A DNA stretch of 57,915 bases, from contig CAZMRA010000001.1 of the NCBI GenBank assembly GCA_964568485.1, forward strand, positions 4,701-62,615, written 5' to 3'. Every line of letters starts with the position of its first letter. Position 1 is the first letter of the stretch. The stretch is from an uncultured Caldilineaceae bacterium. Its GTDB lineage: Bacteria > Chloroflexota > Anaerolineae > Caldilineales > Caldilineaceae. Position numbers and translations under genes: made by a program. Shown in pieces: positions 48,597 to 57,384 of this stretch. The notes under the pieces are model-generated. The model ran no database searches. It was not told where the DNA came from and saw only the letters and a list, made by a program, of their open reading frames with translations.

Positions 48597-49367
48597 TCAG
48601 TTTTCGGAGAAGGGGCGAGCCGGCGTTTGGGCAAGGTGGCGCGCCAAGGCCAACCCCGCATACGGTGAAAGGCCGAGCGGTTGATAGCCTAAGTCGCGGG
48701 CAGCTTGATCGCCAAAGAGGGCCGCGAGGATTGTAGGTTGATCACTAGCATTGAGGAGCGGCTCCAAAACTTGGCGTGTATAGGCCAGATCCTCTGCATC
48801 CAAGGTTGGGCTGGTGGCGCCGCCGCGTTGCCTAGCATAGCCTTCCTGGGCCAGCCACTCGGCCAAGGTGTGCGCTGGGCCGTGCTGTTGCAAATAGACA
48901 ACACGATAGAGGCAAGTCAGCACGTCGCAACGCACTTGCTCGGCCATGTAGGCTTGACTCGTCCAAAACCAGACCGTGATCCATGGCTGCGGCCAAACAC
49001 GCGGGCGCTGCAGGATAGGCGATTGCCGATAGCTGTACTCTTTGGTGTAGCGATTGGTCCACCCACCCTGCGCATCGTCGACCACGATCAGCGAGACGCG
49101 AAAATCGCCCGGCACGCTGGCGGTGTTGGCTTGGACTTGCTGCACAGCTTCTGCCGCAATCCCTTCGGCGTCAAGCGCCACCAACTGCTCAACGAAAGGC
49201 AACAAATGATCTTTGCCCATGGGGTTGATCTCGGTCAGGGGCAATTCGAGATCGTTCTTTTCCTCATTGAGCATGGTGCGCAGATAGCTATGAAAGCGTT
49301 CCATGGTGCGCGGCTGCTGATAGAGCTCGCGCTGTACAGCTAGAAGTGGGATGAAAGTTAGGTTCAT
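48597..49367 (-). CDS. Hypothetical protein with no recognisable domain
   Basis: 256-aa ORF with the local codon bias. Its ATG overlaps the upstream stop (ATGA). Confidence 0.7.
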   Translation of the reverse strand: MNLTFIPLLAVQRELYQQPRTMERFHSYLRTMLNEEKNDLELPLTEINPMGKDHLLPFVEQLVALDAEGIAAEAVQQVQANTASVPGDFRVSLIVVDDAQGGWTNRYTKEYSYRQSPILQRPRVWPQPWITVWFWTSQAYMAEQVRCDVLTCLYRVVYLQQHGPAHTLAEWLAQEGYARQRGGATSPTLDAEDLAYTRQVLEPLLNASDQPTILAALFGDQAARDLGYQPLGLSPYAGLALARHLAQTPARPFSEN

Positions 49368-49948
49368 GGCGTTTCGCTAGAATTCTCTATGCAGTGTGTG
49401 CAGATCAAAGCGGCTCGCAATGACCCATTACTCGTCAAAGTTGTGTTGAGATCTTGCACCACCAGGACATCACTTTCGCCGCAAAAATCACACTTTCCAC
49501 GGATCTTGGTCGGCGATTTGGCCGCGAGCCACAATTCGACGTGTTCTCGTTCTCGGCGTTCAGCTAATGCCTTACCCATGATAAATTCAGCGAACTTACG
49601 CACTTTGGGATCGCGCTCTTGATGATAAATCTGCTCCAGCGTCTCAAAGGCGGCCGGATCGTTGGGCAAGCCGCCATCTTCCCAGGTGTGCCAGGCCGCA
49701 TAGCGCACTTTCGGCTCGGGGTCTGCCATCATGCGGAAGATGGCTTCCCACACCGCAGGAATGCGGGCCTGAATGTGGCAAGGGCAGAGATATTTGGCGG
49801 CGAGCAAGCGTTCTTCCACATCGACACTGCATGACATGGTGAGCAAATCGTCGATCTCGGCGCGGCTGACTTTCTCTTCGCCCGGTCGGTGGGCGGCTTT
49901 CTGGTGTTTGTTCTTGCTTAGGGTTTTACGCATTGCTTGTTTTCGCAT
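49364..49948 (-). CDS. HEAT-like repeat protein with a C-terminal CxxC...CxxC zinc ribbon
   Basis: VEERLLAAKYL..., EPKVRYAAWHTW and DPKVRKFAEF helical repeats. CDFCG...CTHC. ATG at 49948 after GGAGGG. Confidence 0.7.
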   Translation of the reverse strand: MRKQAMRKTLSKNKHQKAAHRPGEEKVSRAEIDDLLTMSCSVDVEERLLAAKYLCPCHIQARIPAVWEAIFRMMADPEPKVRYAAWHTWEDGGLPNDPAAFETLEQIYHQERDPKVRKFAEFIMGKALAERREREHVELWLAAKSPTKIRGKCDFCGESDVLVVQDLNTTLTSNGSLRAALICTHCIENSSETP

Positions 49949-50016
49949 TCTCTCACCCTCCACTCAATCTTGCTTCGCTTCCAGAGCGAGGCTACAAGTA
50001 CAGACCCGTGCACCAT

Positions 50017-50997
50017 TTACACCTGCCAAAGCTGTTCGGCCAGCGCCGCTAGAGAAGGCGCAGTCGCCACTATATCAGCTGGGGCGGCTTCCAGTACGTC
50101 AAATTCGTGTAGCAATGTGTGGCTCATGGCACGTCGTACAAACAACGCACTTGTAGTCGCTTCTCCGCCGTAGCTCGTCAAAAATTGGCGCAACAAGTTC
50201 CGATCGGTTCGAAAAAGCCCTAGGTGCAGCGCCACCAATTCATAGTGCCAATCGCCCACCCGCGCATCGCCAAAGTCGATGATGCCGCGGGGCTGCCAGC
50301 ACCCGTCAACAAATTCCCCCAACACATGATCGTGATTGAGATCGGCGTGAATTAAGCACCAACGAGCAGGCGGCTCGATCAGCAACTCATCGGGCAGCAG
50401 ATAGTTTGGGAGCTCGGCGAGCAGGTGAGCGGGCAGACGACCCCACTGTTGGTGACGTGCCACACAGGCCAGCCGCCGGTCGCGGATGAACTCGCTGAAT
50501 TCAGGGCGGCTCTGCTGAAGCAAGCCACTTTGGGCCAGCGGTAAGTTGTGGAAACGCCGCAAGCAATTGCCTAACCAACTGGCCAAACGCAGCGCATCCG
50601 CTCGACTTGCCTGCGTACTCACCTCGCCCCAACTGACGCCAGGAACCCGGCTGAGGATGAGATAGGGCCACTCACCGTCGGTGAAAAGCCGACCCGCTGC
50701 ACGGAGTCGTGGCGCCGGAAGCGCATCGGCGGTGGCGAGCAACTCGTAGATCGCCCGTTCGTGCGCAAAGCTGCGTTCTCCGTCAAAGAGCTTGCTCTCG
50801 AAAAACTTGATCACCACACCCGCGGCCCCATCATCCACCACAAAGACGGGATTGGTACCAGCCATGCCCGCCTGCAGACCATGCAGCGGAATTCCATACC
50901 GCGCACAGACTGCCTCAATATACGGCCGCCAGTACGCAACCTGCGTGAACAGGGCGCCATATTCTTGCGGTGAGTGATAAACCGGTTTTTGCAGCAT
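50017..50997 (-). CDS. Aminoglycoside phosphotransferase (APH) family kinase
   Basis: Catalytic loop LIHADLNHDHVL and IIDFGDARVGD. Confidence 0.85.
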   Translation of the reverse strand: MLQKPVYHSPQEYGALFTQVAYWRPYIEAVCARYGIPLHGLQAGMAGTNPVFVVDDGAAGVVIKFFESKLFDGERSFAHERAIYELLATADALPAPRLRAAGRLFTDGEWPYLILSRVPGVSWGEVSTQASRADALRLASWLGNCLRRFHNLPLAQSGLLQQSRPEFSEFIRDRRLACVARHQQWGRLPAHLLAELPNYLLPDELLIEPPARWCLIHADLNHDHVLGEFVDGCWQPRGIIDFGDARVGDWHYELVALHLGLFRTDRNLLRQFLTSYGGEATTSALFVRRAMSHTLLHEFDVLEAAPADIVATAPSLAALAEQLWQV

Positions 50998-51021
50998 TGA
51001 GCATTCCCAGCCCTATGGGGT

Positions 51022-51936
51022 TTACTTCATCAAATCAGCCAACAATTCGGCCAGAGCTATCATCTCTTGCCACCAACGGCTATTCTCTTCATAGTCCCAC
51101 CACCCACAGAGCACCGCTTGAGCAATTCCCCAACCGAGGATGCGTTGGCGGTCAAACCCCAGTTCGCTCGCCAACAGATGCACACGGCGGGCTTGCACCC
51201 GGCGATCCTGTACGAGTTCGGGTCGGGGATTGCACAGCAGGGCGCCGATGTCATAGGCCGGTTCGCCGACCAGCCCTTTCGGATCAATGGCTAACCAAAG
51301 CTCGCGTTCGGCACTCAGGATGTTGAAATGGTGCAAGTCGCCATGTAACAACACCGGTTCCGCTGCTGAGGCCAGCAGCTCGGCGTAGAGGGATTCGGCC
51401 TGCTCCACCAACTTGGTCGGGAATGGCCCCGTGCCGCCGCCAAAGTGGGTGCGCAATTCAGCCAGTCCGTTGGCCCAGGTGGCAATCGTCGGGAAGGGAT
51501 GATCCGCAGGCACGGGCCGCCACAACTGGCGCATGACCGTGGCCGCAATGCACGTCGCCGCTTCATCATCTTCAACGGTGCTGAGCATCACCCCCGGTTG
51601 CAGCCGCTCTAACAGGAGGATGCCTTGCTCCGCATCGCTGTCGAGCAAGCGGCAGATCCCGTGGCCGGCATAAAGCCGCAGGGCCTCAATCTCGGCGTTG
51701 ATCTCTTTGTTGGGCACGCCCAACTTCAGCATGACTGGTGTCCCATCGCTACGCATAGCTGGGGCCACATAGTTGTAGGAGAGATTCGCCACCGGTGCGT
51801 GGATAGTCAGCGACCAACGCCGCTCACACTCGGCGAGTAGCTGGGGCAATTGCTCCAGCCAGGCGCGGGCCTGCTCTCCGTACAAGGCTTGTTGCGTCCG
51901 GATAAACTCCTCGGGTAGCGGATACTTCACGCTCAT
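51022..51936 (-). CDS. APH(6)/StrB-like streptomycin 6-kinase family protein
   Basis: LLHGDLHHFNILSA...WLAIDPKGLVGEPAYDIG parallels StrB LHGDLHHENIM...WLVIDPVGLVGE. Confidence 0.87.
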   Translation of the reverse strand: MSVKYPLPEEFIRTQQALYGEQARAWLEQLPQLLAECERRWSLTIHAPVANLSYNYVAPAMRSDGTPVMLKLGVPNKEINAEIEALRLYAGHGICRLLDSDAEQGILLLERLQPGVMLSTVEDDEAATCIAATVMRQLWRPVPADHPFPTIATWANGLAELRTHFGGGTGPFPTKLVEQAESLYAELLASAAEPVLLHGDLHHFNILSAERELWLAIDPKGLVGEPAYDIGALLCNPRPELVQDRRVQARRVHLLASELGFDRQRILGWGIAQAVLCGWWDYEENSRWWQEMIALAELLADLMK

Positions 51937-51947
51937 AAACGGGTCTG

Positions 51948-52457
51948 CTATTTGTTGGCCGCAGTTTGGCGCTGCTCATTGATAAAGACGACGTAATCTA
52001 AATCGCCAGGCGAATGGCCCAATTCCGTAAGCAAGGCGGCGATCTCGCTGCGATGCTGGGTCCCATGATTGAGGACTTGCAGCATCAATTGGTCCAACCG
52101 GAAAGAGCCGGGGATCCCCATCCGGTTCACATAGTGCACGTCACGCTCTAGATCGTCATCGTTGAGTGTGGCCAGGTAGGCTGTAATTTGTTCCTTCTGC
52201 TCGCGCCAAGCCGTTCGGATGCTCTCTATCGTGGCGGTATCAATGGCAATGGCGGGTGGAATCGTTGCGCTACCCAGCCAGCGCGACAGCCAAATTGCCT
52301 GCGCTTCGACCATGTGCACAAGCGTGGTCCGCAGGTTGATGCTCCCGAACGAGGCGGTGGCGAACTGCTCGGGTGATAAGCGTTCCGCCATCGTTAGGAT
52401 GCGCTCATTCGCCCACCAGTTGTAATCATAGAGATGTTGAATATCCGCAACTTGCAT
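51948..52457 (-). CDS. DinB family protein
   Basis: YNWWANERIL and the HMVEAQ/HGTQHR His triad pattern. ATG at 52457, 6 nt after GAGGAG. Confidence 0.85.
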   Translation of the reverse strand: MQVADIQHLYDYNWWANERILTMAERLSPEQFATASFGSINLRTTLVHMVEAQAIWLSRWLGSATIPPAIAIDTATIESIRTAWREQKEQITAYLATLNDDDLERDVHYVNRMGIPGSFRLDQLMLQVLNHGTQHRSEIAALLTELGHSPGDLDYVVFINEQRQTAANK

Positions 52458-52505
52458 TTGTGACTCCTCTAGCAATTGAGAGTAGTAGTGAACCAGCGCT
52501 AGGGA

Positions 52506-53261
52506 TTACGGCGCATCGATGCCAATCAGGTAGAGCACATCGTTGCGGCTAAACGTAAAGCCCAACTTTTCGGCTACCCGTCGGCTCGCCAGATTGTCGG
52601 TCGAAGTCGACCAACTAGGAATGTGCCCCCGTGCTTGGATGTCGGCGCAGAGGCCGCCCGAGCAAGCGACATTCAAGCCCAATCCGCGGAATTCTGGTTC
52701 GGTGACCACGCCAATATCTTCGTATTCGTCGCCCAGGAAAAAGGTACAGGCTACCGACACCAATTTATTATTCGTGAATGCGCCCCAGGCATAGCCGCTG
52801 GCCGCCAGCTCGGCCGCGCTCGGCCAGGTTTTGTAAATCCAGTTGGCCTCGTGGTTGAGATTGGTTAAAGCATCCGTATCTGCTTGCGCCAAGCGTCGCA
52901 CCAGAAAATCGTCGGGCACACTGTAGCGTGGAAAATCTTCCAGCTCATAGATGATCCGCTCCCAGGGTGCCGTTTCTGGCCCAAAGGTGGCTTCGAGCAA
53001 GGGCAAGAAGTCGCTAGGCGCGTCCAGGAAGCCGTGTACCATGTCGCGCAGATCGCTTTCGCTCAACGCGGATGGTTCCCCGCGCAATAGATAATTGCCA
53101 GCCACTTCGCCCAAGACCACGTTGGCTTGCGGCCAGCGATCCACCCAGGCTCGGCCATGTCCTGTATTGATCAAATGTTTGCCCAAAGTGATGGGGCCGG
53201 GTTCCTCGGGTGTGAACCAAGGTCGCAATTCTGCAAAGTGTGCTTGTTCGAGTTGGATCAT
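52506..53261 (-). CDS. GNAT family acetyltransferase (two-domain type)
   Basis: C-terminal EFRGLGLNVACSGGL...STSTDNLASRRVAEKLGF. Confidence 0.8.
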   Translation of the reverse strand: MIQLEQAHFAELRPWFTPEEPGPITLGKHLINTGHGRAWVDRWPQANVVLGEVAGNYLLRGEPSALSESDLRDMVHGFLDAPSDFLPLLEATFGPETAPWERIIYELEDFPRYSVPDDFLVRRLAQADTDALTNLNHEANWIYKTWPSAAELAASGYAWGAFTNNKLVSVACTFFLGDEYEDIGVVTEPEFRGLGLNVACSGGLCADIQARGHIPSWSTSTDNLASRRVAEKLGFTFSRNDVLYLIGIDAP

Positions 53262-53366
53262 GATTGTGGTCTCCCATCAATTGAATGAGATTCTTGTCAA
53301 ACGTCAACCATCTTAGCTCATGCACATTTCGCGTTTGACGAATTATGCGCCAATTCCTTGATCTCG

Positions 53367-54170
53367 TTAAAGCTTTGCCAAAAAATTCAGCACCAGTTGA
53401 TTGAACAATGTCGGTTGCTCCATGCTGGGCAGATGCGCCGTGCCTGTAATCACTGCTGTTTGCGCCCCAGCAATGGTTCGCCCCATCAACTCGGTGGCGT
53501 GGATCATCGCTGGCCGATCCAGATCGCCACTGATGATCAAGGTGGGCACGCGCACTTGCTCGAGCCGCGTAGCCGCAGGCGGGTCGAGCGGTTGATATTC
53601 TCCCAACTCGAGTGCCTCGTTGCGCAGGGTGATTGTATCCATCTCGCGCACACGTTGACGCAATACTGTATCCACTTGATCGGGCGTGCGGTGCGGGCCG
53701 TCCACCCACATCTGCACCTCCAACTCGGCCACGCCTGCATAATCGCCCGCATCAAACTTGGCATACATTTCTTCGCGCTGCGGGGGCGGCTTGCTGACAA
53801 ATTCGTCGCCGCTGGGTTGACAGGCCACCAGCACGAGCGCACTCGTCCGTGCGGGATAGGCCAGGGCAAAATCGAGCGCCGTGGTGCCTCCCATCGAGCA
53901 GCCGCAAAGCTGCGCCTGCGGAATGTCGAGATAATTGAGCAGTTGCAACAGATCAGCATGGTGGGAATAAGGGTTATCTACGAGCGCAGTTTGCCCATAG
54001 CCACGCAGATCATAACGCACGACGCGATAATGCTGCGCAAAAGTGGCAAATTGCTCGTCCCACATACGTGAATCGGCGATGCCGGCATGGAGCAATACCA
54101 AAGGTCGGCCTTCGCCAACAACTTCATAATAAAATTCTGTACCGTCTGATGCAGCAAACTTTTTTGTCAT
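53367..54170 (-). CDS. Alpha/beta-fold hydrolase
   Basis: HAGIADSRMW oxyanion region and GCSMGG nucleophile elbow. ATG at 54170 avoids a 35-nt overlap. Confidence 0.85.
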   Translation of the reverse strand: MTKKFAASDGTEFYYEVVGEGRPLVLLHAGIADSRMWDEQFATFAQHYRVVRYDLRGYGQTALVDNPYSHHADLLQLLNYLDIPQAQLCGCSMGGTTALDFALAYPARTSALVLVACQPSGDEFVSKPPPQREEMYAKFDAGDYAGVAELEVQMWVDGPHRTPDQVDTVLRQRVREMDTITLRNEALELGEYQPLDPPAATRLEQVRVPTLIISGDLDRPAMIHATELMGRTIAGAQTAVITGTAHLPSMEQPTLFNQLVLNFLAKL

Positions 54171-54177
54171 ATTGTTC

Positions 54178-55014
54178 TTATAATGCATGTCCACCGGAGA
54201 CTTTGACCACATTCCCGGTCAGCCAGCGCGCCTGGTGAGAGGCGAGAAAAACGATCGCATCGGCGATCTCGTCCGGTTGACCCAGCCGCCGCATCGCAAT
54301 CTCGTTCACCAACCACTCCTCGACATCGGCGGGAATGTAGCCGGTCTGCGTCGGTCCCGGCGCAACCGTGTTGATGGTAATGCCCAACGGCCCGATCTCG
54401 TACGCAATGCTGCGGGTGAACGCCTCGATCGCTGCCTTGCTCGCTCCATAGCTGATCTGCCCTGGAAAACATTGCGACGAATCGGTGCTCAGGTTGATGA
54501 TGCGGCCATCGCGTCCGCCACGCTGTTGATAACGGCGCACAAACTCGGCAATCATCAATATGGTGCCTTGGGCGTTGACGGCGAAGGTGTGTTGTAATGC
54601 TTGCGCCGAGATGGTGAAGATCGTGTCGGGATCCTCGTAATGGGCGGCATTGTTGACCAAGACATCAACCGGGCCAAAGGTCTGCTCGACTTGATCGAAC
54701 AGAGCAACGATTTGGGTAGCATCGGTCAAGTCTGCCTCGAGTGCGGCGGCGCGGCCACCTTCTGCCAGAATTTCTTGGACAACCTGCTCCGCGGTGAGGG
54801 TGCGCAAGCCATGATACAACGCCATGCTGGGCTCCTTGGCAGCAAGCGCTTCCTCCATGCTGATCCCATACGGCTCCGGTGCGGTGCGCAAATAGGTGAT
54901 GAAGACCTTCGCTCCTTGGCGGGCAAAGGCGCGTGCAGCTGATGCGCCAATACCATGTGGGTTGTTGGCGCCAGTGATGAGCACCGTTTTGTCTTGCAGC
55001 TGTGGATCGATCAT
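54178..55014 (-). CDS. SDR family oxidoreductase
   Basis: ITGANNPHGIG cofactor motif, NNAA and YGASKAA (YxxxK). Confidence 0.9.
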   Translation of the reverse strand: MIDPQLQDKTVLITGANNPHGIGASAARAFARQGAKVFITYLRTAPEPYGISMEEALAAKEPSMALYHGLRTLTAEQVVQEILAEGGRAAALEADLTDATQIVALFDQVEQTFGPVDVLVNNAAHYEDPDTIFTISAQALQHTFAVNAQGTILMIAEFVRRYQQRGGRDGRIINLSTDSSQCFPGQISYGASKAAIEAFTRSIAYEIGPLGITINTVAPGPTQTGYIPADVEEWLVNEIAMRRLGQPDEIADAIVFLASHQARWLTGNVVKVSGGHAL

Positions 55015-55520
55015 AATGGATGCTCCTTCCCCATCGCGCTCAGGAGTTGTGTTACGACGTCCTCGACTGGCTGTTCACTGTTATCGATGCGCTGATCGTA
55101 CTCGTGCAATTGCTGCTGCCAACCATACAACAAACGCACTTCGTCATCGGTGAGGATTTGGCCCCGTTTCTGATTGCGGCTGAGGGCTTCCGCCAACGCA
55201 GGTAACAAGAGCACAATCTTCGCATCAAATTGCTGCAATGCTCGCCGGTAGATGCTCGCCGTCTCGTCAGTCAGCACATCCAAAATCACAACATCATAGC
55301 CAGCTTGCTGAAAATTTTGGGCCAACAAACAGGCATTCTGCGCTCCGAGCCGCAACTGGGCCATGCCGGCTTCGCCCTGCCAAGGTGGAATATGCGGCTG
55401 CACCACCATCGACCGGATCAGATCGACATCGATCACCACACAGCGGGGCAGGCGAGCGGCCAGCTGGGATCCAGTCGTGTTTTTGCCTGCGGCGGGCGGA
55501 CCAGTCAGGATCAAGATCAT
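55011..55520 (-). CDS. Small P-loop kinase (AAA_33 / chloramphenicol-phosphotransferase-like fold)
   Basis: LILTGPPAAGKNT Walker A. 169 aa. ATGA coupling to the SDR gene. Confidence 0.72.
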   Translation of the reverse strand: MILILTGPPAAGKNTTGSQLAARLPRCVVIDVDLIRSMVVQPHIPPWQGEAGMAQLRLGAQNACLLAQNFQQAGYDVVILDVLTDETASIYRRALQQFDAKIVLLLPALAEALSRNQKRGQILTDDEVRLLYGWQQQLHEYDQRIDNSEQPVEDVVTQLLSAMGKEHPL

Positions 55521-55538
55521 GCGTGGTTATCCACAAGC

Positions 55539-56600
55539 CTATAGCTGGAAAAATTGCCGTAAGCCGCCACTATACAAGTGGTTGAACGCGTCGGTCGAGT
55601 CCAGAAATTGATCCACCGCGCCGAGGTGTTCGGGCAACGCCAGCACTTCCGCGCCGCGGATGGCGGCGCGCAGGGCCTCCACAAAGTGATCGGCACCGCT
55701 CACTTGAAACGGCCGGGTGTAATAGGGTCGCACCGTTGGCTCAATCGGCGGCGTGAGCCCCAGCGCATTCTGCTTGTTCGCCATGTATTCATAGGCAGCA
55801 CTAAGATGTCGCTCGCGTTCCGGCCACGACTGGGCGGCGGTGATAGCGAGGAACATGGGCCGCAATTCGTTGGCGCAAGCCAATTGCCCAAAGGCCGTGC
55901 CAAACCATTTGATGTAGGGCGCATATTGCCGTTCTTGCAGAAAGGCGAGCTTCATCAAATCATGAACCAGGCGAGCGGCGACCCAGCGCGAGCCGAGCTC
56001 ATCCCCCGTCTGGCCACAGCGCCCCATAAACGCTTGTTCCTCAGCGATGCGTTTCCACTGGGCGGCGAGCAGATAGAGCCACACATCGTGTGGATAGTAT
56101 GCCAGCCGCTCTCGCAGCAGTGTCAGCTGCCCCAGCCCATCGTGGAAGACGCGGCCGCGTGCCAGGGTCAATAACACGTAATCCGGCACGCGCAGCCAAT
56201 CGATGGCCCGGATTTCGCCGAAGGGATCAAACTGCAGATAGCGGCGCAAAAAGTCCTCGACGGTCGTGATGAGGACACTGTGCGCATTCGGCGCGGGCTG
56301 ATCATCTGGTTGCGCCATGTTGAGCGGATACCCATGAATGGCGAGTGGCAAGGCTGCGCGCAACTGGTGGTCGAGCGCAGCCCGGTGAGTTGCATGATCC
56401 GCTGGTGCCAGAAAAAGTTGCAACCGCGGCCCCCAATTGTGATCGGTGGATTGGTCGTCGTCAAAACCCAGCACCTCGGAGCCAGGACCGAGCAAAGCCG
56501 CCGAATAGATCAGTTGCGGAAAGTGCGCGGTCAAGATGGGCTTGACGGCCTCCTCATAAAAGGTCTCGCTCAGCTCAAGCCCGCGCAATGTAGGCTTCAT
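55539..56600 (-). CDS. DUF4037-type nucleotidyltransferase-fold protein
   Basis: LLGPGSEVLGFDDDQSTDHNWGPRL (GS...DxD NTase signature) followed by a long helical domain. Confidence 0.78.
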   Translation of the reverse strand: MKPTLRGLELSETFYEEAVKPILTAHFPQLIYSAALLGPGSEVLGFDDDQSTDHNWGPRLQLFLAPADHATHRAALDHQLRAALPLAIHGYPLNMAQPDDQPAPNAHSVLITTVEDFLRRYLQFDPFGEIRAIDWLRVPDYVLLTLARGRVFHDGLGQLTLLRERLAYYPHDVWLYLLAAQWKRIAEEQAFMGRCGQTGDELGSRWVAARLVHDLMKLAFLQERQYAPYIKWFGTAFGQLACANELRPMFLAITAAQSWPERERHLSAAYEYMANKQNALGLTPPIEPTVRPYYTRPFQVSGADHFVEALRAAIRGAEVLALPEHLGAVDQFLDSTDAFNHLYSGGLRQFFQL

Positions 56601-57373
56601 GGGGATGCCGCTTCTTGTTGTCGCTGCCAGGCGACGACATCTTGATAACGAACCGTACCGCCAAAAAGATCCAGTGCACTACCGATGGTGAGATCGACGC
56701 GGCCGCGGCCGAGCGCCTTCACCCGCTCCAAGTCGCTGAAGGCGGTCACTCCGCCGGCGTAGGTGACGGGCAGCGGCGACCACTCGCCCAACCGTTCGAC
56801 CAGCTCATCCTCAATGCCCATGCGTTTGCCTTCCACATCCACCCCGTGCACCAGAAATTCAGCACAGGAGCTGGCTAATTGTTCCAGCGTCTCAGCGGTG
56901 ACTGCCAGCGTAGTAAAGCGCTGCCAGCGGTCGCTGACCACCCAATAGTTGTCATCCCGCCACCGGCAACTGAGATCGAGCACCAGCCGCTCGCGGCCCA
57001 CTGCCTGCACCAGTTCGGCGAGCCGGCTCTCATCCAGCGCGCCGTCGCGAAAGATGTACGAGGTGACAATCACATGGCTGGCGCCCGCGTCGAGATATTC
57101 CACTGCATTCTCCGGTGTGATGCCGCCCCCCATGTGCATGCCGCCTGGGTAGGTGCGCAGGGCTGCCAGGCCTGCTTCTCGATTGCCTGGCCCCAGGGCG
57201 ATCACATGGCCGCCGGGCAGATTGTCGCGGCGGTATAGCTCGGCAAAATAACTCGACGGGCGCTCGCTCTCGAAATTGGTCACGCTCCCTTGGGGATCGT
57301 CATCGCGCAGGGTAGAACCGACGATCTGCACCACTCGGCCCGCCCGTAAATCAATACACGGTCTAAATCGCAT
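56597..57373 (-). CDS. hisA: ProFAR isomerase of the eukaryote-like HIS6 type (HisA family)
   Basis: MRFRPCIDLRAGRVVQIVGSTL...TNFES..PSSYFAELYRRD...GGHVIALGPGN...VLDLSCR...FLVHGVDVEGK...VTYAGG...GRVDLTIGSALDLFGG is collinear with yeast His6 as I recall it. Start at the ATG at 57373, after GAAGG. Confidence 0.85.
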   Translation of the reverse strand: MRFRPCIDLRAGRVVQIVGSTLRDDDPQGSVTNFESERPSSYFAELYRRDNLPGGHVIALGPGNREAGLAALRTYPGGMHMGGGITPENAVEYLDAGASHVIVTSYIFRDGALDESRLAELVQAVGRERLVLDLSCRWRDDNYWVVSDRWQRFTTLAVTAETLEQLASSCAEFLVHGVDVEGKRMGIEDELVERLGEWSPLPVTYAGGVTAFSDLERVKALGRGRVDLTIGSALDLFGGTVRYQDVVAWQRQQEAASP

Positions 57374-57384
57374 ACCTTCGTTCC

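Noticed and set aside
53358-54071. 237-aa plus-strand ORF (similar cases at 55578..56174, 15721..16467, 6950..7630 and 8273..8743)
   Set aside because: All are shadow ORFs opposite motif-bearing genes.
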